Notes under the pieces: model-generated
Databases searched by the model: none
What the model saw: only the letters and a program-made list of their open reading frames with translations
Told to the model about the DNA's origin: nothing
NCBI GenBank assembly: GCA_018716085.1
Contig: DVKK01000044.1
Coordinates: 5,106 to 69,105 of the forward strand
Length of the DNA stretch: 64,000 nucleotides
From: Candidatus Ornithoclostridium excrementipullorum
GTDB lineage: Bacteria > Bacillota > Clostridia > Christensenellales > UBA3700
Direction of reading: 5' to 3'
Shown here: piece after piece, positions 57,309 to 64,000 of the stretch
How the letters are laid out: each line of letters starts with the position of its first letter
Numbering within the stretch: the stretch's first letter is position 1
Translations under genes and position numbers: made by a program

Positions 57309-58346
57309 ATGAACATAGTACTGACCGGAGGAGGAAGCGCGGGACACGTTATGCCCAACCTCGCCCTGCTCCCCCATCTTACAGACAAATTCGATAAAAT
57401 ATTTTACATCGGCTCCGAAAACGGTTGCGAAAAAAGACTTGCCGAATCCAAGGGAATAACATTCCGATCGGTCCCGACGGTCAAGCTCGACCGCACGAAA
57501 AAACTTGCCAACTTAAAAATACCGTTTACCTTGTACTCGGGTATAAGCGAAGCAAAAAAACTGCTGCGCGATCTCCATGCCGATATCGTATTCGCAAAAG
57601 GCGGTTACGTTTCCCTGCCCGCGGCGTTTGCCGCAAGATCGTTGAATATCCCTGTGATATGCCACGAATCGGATTACAGCCTCGGACTTGCCAACAGGCT
57701 GATATCGGGCTTTGCAGTACGCACGCTGACATCGTTCGAGAGTACAAAAGCGAAAAACGCGGAATTTACAGGCAATCCCGTGCGGCTCGACCTGCTGACC
57801 GCAAACGCGCTAAACGCAAAAAGAGAATGCGCGTTTTTACGCGATAAGAAGACCGTGTTATTTGTCGGAGGATCTGGCGGAGCCGCCGCTGTAAACAGCG
57901 CGGTCAGGGCTTCGCTTTCGTCGCTCACGCCCGATCTCAACGTGATACACATCGCGGGAGCAGGCAATAAATACGACCCCGAGCTCGGATACAGATCGTT
58001 TGAATTCGTGGATAACGTCTTTGACTATTACGCATATGCGGACGTTGTCGTTTCCCGCGCGGGAGCAAACTGCGCAAGCGAACTCGCGGCAATGGGCAAA
58101 CGAGTGATATTCATACCTCTGCCGAAAGGAGCTTCGAGAGGCGATCAGCTGCAAAATGCGGACTTTTACGCAAAGCGCGGGTGTGCGAGAGTGTTGGAAC
58201 AAGACCGCCTGTGCGCTTACGAACTTGTCTGCGCGATCACGGATATGCTGTCGCGCCCCTCTCCCGATCCCGACCCGATACCTCTCGGAGCGGGAGCAAA
58301 GATCGCCGATATACTTTACAGCGCGGCGAACGCCGCAAAGGCGTGA
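57309..58346 (+). CDS. murG: MurG-family glycosyltransferase (stand-alone copy)
   Basis: GGGSAGHV, KGGYVS, HESD, GNPVR, SRAG, DQLQNA. Confidence 0.88.
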   Translation: MNIVLTGGGSAGHVMPNLALLPHLTDKFDKIFYIGSENGCEKRLAESKGITFRSVPTVKLDRTKKLANLKIPFTLYSGISEAKKLLRDLHADIVFAKGGYVSLPAAFAARSLNIPVICHESDYSLGLANRLISGFAVRTLTSFESTKAKNAEFTGNPVRLDLLTANALNAKRECAFLRDKKTVLFVGGSGGAAAVNSAVRASLSSLTPDLNVIHIAGAGNKYDPELGYRSFEFVDNVFDYYAYADVVVSRAGANCASELAAMGKRVIFIPLPKGASRGDQLQNADFYAKRGCARVLEQDRLCAYELVCAITDMLSRPSPDPDPIPLGAGAKIADILYSAANAAKA

Positions 58347-58540
58347 CAAGACCTACGGGTATGGTTGCGATAGATCATTGAGCGCGATAACGAGCCGGAT
58401 CCCCAAGGATATCTCCATCGACCGAGATTCGACGGCGCGTTTCGCAATATCCTTGAACGCAATACTCCGAATGTTGCCTGCGCATTGTCTGCTTCGTTGA
58501 GTTTGACTATTCCCACACGTCGCGACCTCATTTTCGACAT

Positions 58541-58568
58541 AAAAAACGACCGCCTAAGCGATCGTTTT
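58541..58568 (-). terminator. Terminator after 73-aa gene
   Basis: AAAACGACCGC/GCGATCGTTTT imperfect stem with A/T runs. Confidence 0.55.
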
Positions 58569-58575
58569 CACTCAT

Positions 58576-58797
58576 TTAATTGTTTTCAATATCTAAATAT
58601 TCGAAAGCCTCTTCTTCTGTACTGATACGCACATCGCCGTCTTTCGCAAGCACGACCAACGGCAATCCGACATATCCGCCGTTTCCGTATACGGGTATGT
58701 AAACTTCATATCCGTTCCAATCTTTTCCTCTTTTGCAACTATCTGCCCCGAGAGCCTCCATCGCTTCGTCAAGAAGTTTTTTCGTATTGTCTGTCAT
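58576..58797 (-). CDS. Small acidic hypothetical protein (73 aa)
   Basis: Globular-looking sequence, GGAG upstream, own terminator, lower GC than neighbours. Confidence 0.7.
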   Translation of the reverse strand: MTDNTKKLLDEAMEALGADSCKRGKDWNGYEVYIPVYGNGGYVGLPLVVLAKDGDVRISTEEEAFEYLDIENN

Positions 58798-58881
58798 TTT
58801 AACTTATAATCTCCGATCTTTTCAGCTTCGCGATCTTTCGACTGCGAAGTTTTACCGTTGGACTTGTACAGTCCGAAGTAT

Positions 58882-61338
58882 TCACTCTTCCACGTTGTGC
58901 CTGTAACCGCCGACAGCGACCATATTAAGTGTACTGCCCATATTTCTGCACGCCGCTTTGAGCATGTTGAAGCCTTTTTTCGTTCTGTCCGAAATGGGCA
59001 CGTCTTCGGTGTTGACGGGTACGCATTCTCCGTCCACGAGAGCGACAGCAAAATCGTACGGCATCGTTACCGTATCCACGAACACTATCGCGCCGTTTTT
59101 CGCAGGATCCGACAAAGTCACTCCTTTGCGATAGCGCTTCATCGGCTCTATCGACGAAAGGACGACTCTCTTTGCATAGCCGTTGTCCGTCATGACGACG
59201 ATCTCTCCTTCGTTGGAGTGCTGACATGCAAATATCACCTTGTCGCCGTCTCCGAGCTGTATCCCTCTGACTCCGGACGCCTTCCGTCCCTGGCAAGGTA
59301 TATCCGCTTCGGCGTTGAGCACCATGCCCTGTTCGGTGACGAACAGCAGATACTCGCACTCCGGATCGGCTATCTCCGCATTTACGACCTCGTCGCTTTC
59401 GTCTTTGAACACGAGCGCGGGGTAAACCGTCTTTTTATCCAAGCCGTATTCGGAGGCTTCGCTCTTTTTGACGAGTCCGTCTTTCGTATAGAAACATATC
59501 TCCGCGCCTTTGAGCTCTTCCGCAGTCATTACCGCTATCAGCTTGTCGTCGCTGTCCGCTTTCGCTATCTTATTGACGGATACGCCCTTCGACTTCCATT
59601 TATCGTCGCCGAGCATATCGATATCGAAGACGACGGCAAGTCCTTTTTTCGTAAAGCCTATCACGTTTGCGGAATTGTCGCATTTGACCGCCCTCCGCAC
59701 AAGATCCCCCTGCTGACAGTTGGCTATGCCTTTGGAAGCGAGGCGGTAGCCCTTCTCGCTCATGAATTTGAGATTACCGTTCTGAGTGAGCACGAGCATT
59801 CCCGATCTTTCTATCTTCGCGTTGAGATCCACCGTCGCTATCGTGGCTTTATCGGGAGCGACGATCTCGGTACGGCGCTTGTCCGCATATTTGCGCTTGA
59901 TCTCGAGAAGTTCTTTTTTTACCACCGCGAGCTGTCTGCGCTTGGATGAAAGTATCGATTCCAGTTCGGATATCTTGCGCCCCAGTTCGGCGATCTCCTC
60001 TTCGAGCTTGCGCGCGTCCACCTTTTTGAGCTGTTTGAGCTTCATCTCGAGAATCGCGACGGCCTGCCTTTCCGTCAGGGAAAACTCCTGCTTTATCCGC
60101 TCTTTCGCCTCTACGTCCGTATCGGAATTGAGGATTATATCGACCACGCGACGGATATTGTTGACCGCTATCAGTTTACCCTGCTGGATGTGTTCCAGCT
60201 TTTTGGCTTGATTGAGTTCGAACTGCGAACGGCGGTAAATTATCTGTCTTTGATATTCGGTATAATGCGCGATTATTTCGATAAGCCCCATCTGTCTGGG
60301 CTTGCCGCCCGCGATCGCGACCATGTTGACCGAGAAAGTATCCTCAAGATCCGACGTCTTGAACAGAGCCGCAAGTATCTTTTCCGCGTTCGCCTCTCTT
60401 TTGAGTTTGATCACCGCGCGCATTCCTTTGCGGTCCGATTCGTCCACGATATCGGTTATTACGCCGAATATCTCCTTTTTCTTTTCTCTCAGCTCGTTTA
60501 TCCTTTGCAGAAGCTGAGCTTTGTTCTTCTGATACGGCAGCTCGGTGATGACGATGACGTCTTTGTCCCCGTCTTTTTCGACGAAAGCGCGCGCTCTTAC
60601 GGTAACTTTGCCTTTGCCCGTCGCATACGCCTGCTCGATGCCGTCGCCGGAAATTATTATCCCTCCCGTCGGAAAATCCGGCGCGGGGATATACTGCATC
60701 ATCTCTTTCAGAGTGATACGGCTGTTGTCGATATAAGCGGCTACTCCGTTTATGACCTCGCCGAGATTATGCGGAGGTATGTTGGTGGTAAGACCGACCG
60801 CGATGCCCACGGCTCCGTTGACGAGCAGATTGGGGAATTTGCACGGCAGCATATCCGGCTCTTGCAGAGTGTCGTCGAAGTTGAGCGAAAAGCTGACGGT
60901 CTCCTTGTCTATGTCGCGGAGCATCTCCATCGCGAGAGGCGTAAGACGCGCTTCGGTATAACGCATAGCCGCGGCGCTGTCGCCGTCTACGCTTCCGAAA
61001 TTGCCGTGTCCGTCTACGAGCAGCATTCTGGTATTGAACGGCTGGGCAAGCCTTACCATGGCGTCGTAGACGCTCTTATCTCCGTGCGGATGGTATTTGC
61101 CGAGACACTCTCCCACGATCCTTGCGGACTTTTTATGAGGCTTGTCGGGAGTTATCCCCAGTTCGTTCATCGCAAACAGTATCCTGCGCTGAACGGGTTT
61201 CAGCCCGTCCTCAACGCGAGGCAGAGCCCTGTCCAATATGACGTGCTCGGAATACGGCATCATGGAAGCGTGCATTATGTTCTCGACGCTGTCCTCGATG
61301 ATTATGGATTTGTCCTCAAACGTGTTTTTCTTTGCCAT
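58882..61338 (-). CDS. parC: Type IIA topoisomerase subunit A (ParC-like)
   Basis: [22 protein letters not shown]; beta-pinwheel CTD without a canonical GyrA box at its start. Confidence 0.85.
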   Translation of the reverse strand: MAKKNTFEDKSIIIEDSVENIMHASMMPYSEHVILDRALPRVEDGLKPVQRRILFAMNELGITPDKPHKKSARIVGECLGKYHPHGDKSVYDAMVRLAQPFNTRMLLVDGHGNFGSVDGDSAAAMRYTEARLTPLAMEMLRDIDKETVSFSLNFDDTLQEPDMLPCKFPNLLVNGAVGIAVGLTTNIPPHNLGEVINGVAAYIDNSRITLKEMMQYIPAPDFPTGGIIISGDGIEQAYATGKGKVTVRARAFVEKDGDKDVIVITELPYQKNKAQLLQRINELREKKKEIFGVITDIVDESDRKGMRAVIKLKREANAEKILAALFKTSDLEDTFSVNMVAIAGGKPRQMGLIEIIAHYTEYQRQIIYRRSQFELNQAKKLEHIQQGKLIAVNNIRRVVDIILNSDTDVEAKERIKQEFSLTERQAVAILEMKLKQLKKVDARKLEEEIAELGRKISELESILSSKRRQLAVVKKELLEIKRKYADKRRTEIVAPDKATIATVDLNAKIERSGMLVLTQNGNLKFMSEKGYRLASKGIANCQQGDLVRRAVKCDNSANVIGFTKKGLAVVFDIDMLGDDKWKSKGVSVNKIAKADSDDKLIAVMTAEELKGAEICFYTKDGLVKKSEASEYGLDKKTVYPALVFKDESDEVVNAEIADPECEYLLFVTEQGMVLNAEADIPCQGRKASGVRGIQLGDGDKVIFACQHSNEGEIVVMTDNGYAKRVVLSSIEPMKRYRKGVTLSDPAKNGAIVFVDTVTMPYDFAVALVDGECVPVNTEDVPISDRTKKGFNMLKAACRNMGSTLNMVAVGGYRHNVEE

Positions 61339-61341
61339 TTA

Positions 61342-63300
61342 TCACTCCGTAAACGCCTTAAAGCTGTCCGTCTTATTGAAATTCGCGTTTTCGTTTATAT
61401 ACTGTTTTCTGGCCTCGACATTGTCGCCCATAAGGATCGAGATCATGTTTTCCGCCTCCGACGCGTCTTCTATGGTGACTTTCATCAGCGTTCTCGCCGA
61501 AGGATCCATGGTCGTTTCCCACAGCTGTTCGGGATTCATCTCTCCCAAACCTTTGTAACGCTGCAACGTATAGCCTCTGCTTGCCGTTTCCAACATCTTT
61601 TTGAGTTCTTCGTCGTCGTATGCGTAGCGGGTGCCGTTTTTGTCCGTGACGCGGTACAGCGGCGGCATCCCTATGAATACATGACCGTCCATGATCAATT
61701 CTTTCATGTAACGATAGAAGAACGTGAGCAGTATCGCCCTTATATGCGCGCCGTCCTGGTCTGCGTCGGCGAGGATAATGACCTTGTTGTATTTAAGGCC
61801 TTTGATGTCGAAATCCTTATCGAAGCCCGTCCCGAGAGCATTGATGATCGACGCCATTTCCTCGTTTTCCAATATCTGATTGATACGCTTTTTTTCGGCG
61901 TTCAGCGGTTTTCCTTTCAGCGGAAGTATCGCCTGGAACTGCCTGTCTCTGCCCTGTTTGGCGCTGCCTCCCGCAGAGTCGCCCTCGACTATGAACAGTT
62001 CGTTGAATTCGGCTTTCCTGCCCGTGCAATTCGAGAGTTTGCCGACAAGAGCGCTCGACGTCATACTGTTCAGCTTGCGCGTCATGTCTTTGGCAGTAGC
62101 GGCTTTGACCCTCGCTTTCGCCGCTATATCCGCTTTTGCATAGATCGCGTCGATCGTTTCCTTTTTCGCCTTGTTCAGCCAATCGCGCAATACGTCGGTG
62201 AGGATATTTTCCACCTGCGTCTTGACCTCGGGATTGCCGAGTTTCGTCTTGGTCTGCCCCTCGAACTGAACATTGCGCATCTTTATGGCGAGCACCGCCG
62301 TCATGCCTTCGCGGAAATCCTCTCCCATAAAATTGGGCTGTTTGTCTTTGAGTATGTTTTTCGCCCTTGCGAAATCGTTGAATACCTTGGTGTAAGCGGA
62401 CTTGAATCCTGTCTCGTGCGTACCGCCTTCCGTGGTCGGTATATTGTTGACGAAACTGATTATGCTCTCGTTATATCCGTCTGTGTGCTGTATCGCGAGC
62501 ATCAGCTCGAAATCGTCGCTCTTTTTCTCGACGTAAAGAGGTTCGGGATAAAGCACCGCCTTGCTGTTGTTTATATATTTTACGAAATCGCGAAGTCCGC
62601 CCTCGTAGTGGTAGAACTTGCTTTTGACCGAACCGTCCTCGTTCTTTTCCCTCAGATCGGTAACGGTGATCTTCATGCCTCCGTTCAGAAAAGCGAGTTC
62701 TTTGCAGCGGCGTCTTATGGCGTCGAACGAAAACTGCTCCTTGCCGAAGACTCTGTCGTCGGGAAGGAACGTGACGAGAGTGCCCCGCAGCTTTTTATCG
62801 CAGGGCTTTTGCGTAAGCGGCCCCTTGGGAACGCCGCTCAATATCTTGCCGCCCACTTCGGGCGAATGGAATTCCTGAGTATACTCGGTACCGTTTTTAT
62901 AGACCGATACGGTCAGCCACCGCGAAAGCGCGTTGGTAACGCTCGCGCCGACGCCGTGCAGACCGCCCGAAAAGCCGTAGTTTGAGTTGTTGAACTTTCC
63001 TCCCGCATGCAGCTTGGTAAAAACGAGCTCGACTCCCGTTATGCCGTACTTTTTGTGCACGTCCACAGGTATGCCTCTGCCGTCGTCTTTGACTCCGATA
63101 CTGTTGTCCGGATATATGGTTATCTCCAACGACGTACCGTAGCCGTTTGCGATCTCGTCTATACTGTTGTCGACGATCTCCCATAAGATGTGATGCATAC
63201 CCTTCGATCCGGTAGTCCCGATATACATTCCGGGACGTACGCGGACCGCTTCGAGTCCTTCGAGTACTTCCAGATCCTGCGAATCGTAGCTCTCTTTCAT
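61342..63300 (-). CDS. parE: Type IIA topoisomerase subunit B (ParE-like)
   Basis: RPGMYIG, EIVDNSIDE, GGLHGVG, EGDSA, PLKGK, YKGLGEM. Confidence 0.85.
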   Translation of the reverse strand: MKESYDSQDLEVLEGLEAVRVRPGMYIGTTGSKGMHHILWEIVDNSIDEIANGYGTSLEITIYPDNSIGVKDDGRGIPVDVHKKYGITGVELVFTKLHAGGKFNNSNYGFSGGLHGVGASVTNALSRWLTVSVYKNGTEYTQEFHSPEVGGKILSGVPKGPLTQKPCDKKLRGTLVTFLPDDRVFGKEQFSFDAIRRRCKELAFLNGGMKITVTDLREKNEDGSVKSKFYHYEGGLRDFVKYINNSKAVLYPEPLYVEKKSDDFELMLAIQHTDGYNESIISFVNNIPTTEGGTHETGFKSAYTKVFNDFARAKNILKDKQPNFMGEDFREGMTAVLAIKMRNVQFEGQTKTKLGNPEVKTQVENILTDVLRDWLNKAKKETIDAIYAKADIAAKARVKAATAKDMTRKLNSMTSSALVGKLSNCTGRKAEFNELFIVEGDSAGGSAKQGRDRQFQAILPLKGKPLNAEKKRINQILENEEMASIINALGTGFDKDFDIKGLKYNKVIILADADQDGAHIRAILLTFFYRYMKELIMDGHVFIGMPPLYRVTDKNGTRYAYDDEELKKMLETASRGYTLQRYKGLGEMNPEQLWETTMDPSARTLMKVTIEDASEAENMISILMGDNVEARKQYINENANFNKTDSFKAFTE

Positions 63301-63318
63301 CCTTCCTCCGTCAAAGCG

Positions 63319-64000
63319 TCACTTTTCCAGTCCGCAGCAGGCGTCTATAAAATCCGCAACGTCGCCGTAGACTTCGCGGTTGTTCAGCTCGTTGAGCAAT
63401 TCGTGTCTTGCGTCGGGATACAGCTTCATGGACACCTTGGTCATCCCGATGGAAAGATATTTCTCGTAGAGTTTGACGACAAGATCGCCCATGCCCCCTA
63501 CGGGATCCTTGTCGCCGCTTATTATGAATATCGGCAGATCCTTGCGTATATTGCTCATATTTCCCGCCTTATAAAGTTTGGACAGACCTCCGAAAAACGA
63601 CTTGTAAAAGCCGGCGGACATCGTGAAATCGCAATATTTGTCGGCAAGATACTTTTCGCGCTTGGCGTCGTCGCGCGTCCCCCACGCAAAGTCTTTATTT
63701 TCCGAAGCGAACTTCGCGTCGTATGCTCCGAAGGTCAGCTTACGTATAAGTTCGGCGGGAGAATCATTGCCCTTGACCGCCACCTGAGCGGAAGCGACCG
63801 CCTTGCCGAATTTGACAGCGACGCCGCTCTGACACGCGCTGCCGCAGAGCACGGTGCCGATTATCTCTCCGCTCGCCCTCTGTATGTACCCCTGAGCCAG
63901 AAACGATCCGTAACTGTGCCCGAACAAAAGTACAGGCAGCCCGTATTCGTGCCTTGCGTATTCGGTGATCGCTATTGCGTCCTGGATCGTATCCGCAAAA
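63319..64000 (-). CDS. Alpha/beta hydrolase (lysophospholipase-like), 5' end outside window
   Basis: Frame open to the edge (FADTIQDA...LFGHSYGS); GxSxG, GDKD, RHE catalytic motifs. Confidence 0.88.
   Translation of the reverse strand, partial: FADTIQDAIAITEYARHEYGLPVLLFGHSYGSFLAQGYIQRASGEIIGTVLCGSACQSGVAVKFGKAVASAQVAVKGNDSPAELIRKLTFGAYDAKFASENKDFAWGTRDDAKREKYLADKYCDFTMSAGFYKSFFGGLSKLYKAGNMSNIRKDLPIFIISGDKDPVGGMGDLVVKLYEKYLSIGMTKVSMKLYPDARHELLNELNNREVYGDVADFIDACCGLEK

Overview
Core-chromosome segment of a spore-forming Firmicute (Clostridia-like gene orders, moderate GC), with most genes on the minus strand. From left to right it holds: a truncated PadR-type regulator missed by the ORF track; a ~2.1 kb gene-free AT-rich tract; a XerS/XerC-like tyrosine recombinase; lexA; the miaB-mutS-mutL-miaA-ynbB operon; a class A PBP; U32 peptidase-mutS2-hyp-iscS-thiI; T-box-pheST; and a sporulation block (yunB, spoVAC/D/E, spoIIAA/AB/sigF, nrdR, sigG). 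Next come a Na+-translocating decarboxylase operon, tig-clpP-clpX-lon-engB, rqcH, yggS-sepF-lspA-rluD, ssb, a polysaccharide deacetylase, SRP RNA, dacF, murG, parEC and a partial hydrolase. I found no CRISPR, IS, tRNA or rRNA. The most unusual signal is at the left end: a 630-bp non-coding spacer between the recombinase and lexA carries at least five LexA (Cheo)-type boxes, mostly ~150 bp apart and several nested in larger inverted repeats, next to a candidate terminus/dif region. Other oddities are repeated leaderless-mRNA geometry, a duplicated ~130-aa insert in the decarboxylase beta subunit, a Tyr/Arg-rich disordered SepF N-terminus, and an SRP RNA with a UGAC instead of GNRA loop. All calls are from reading by eye; no searches were run.
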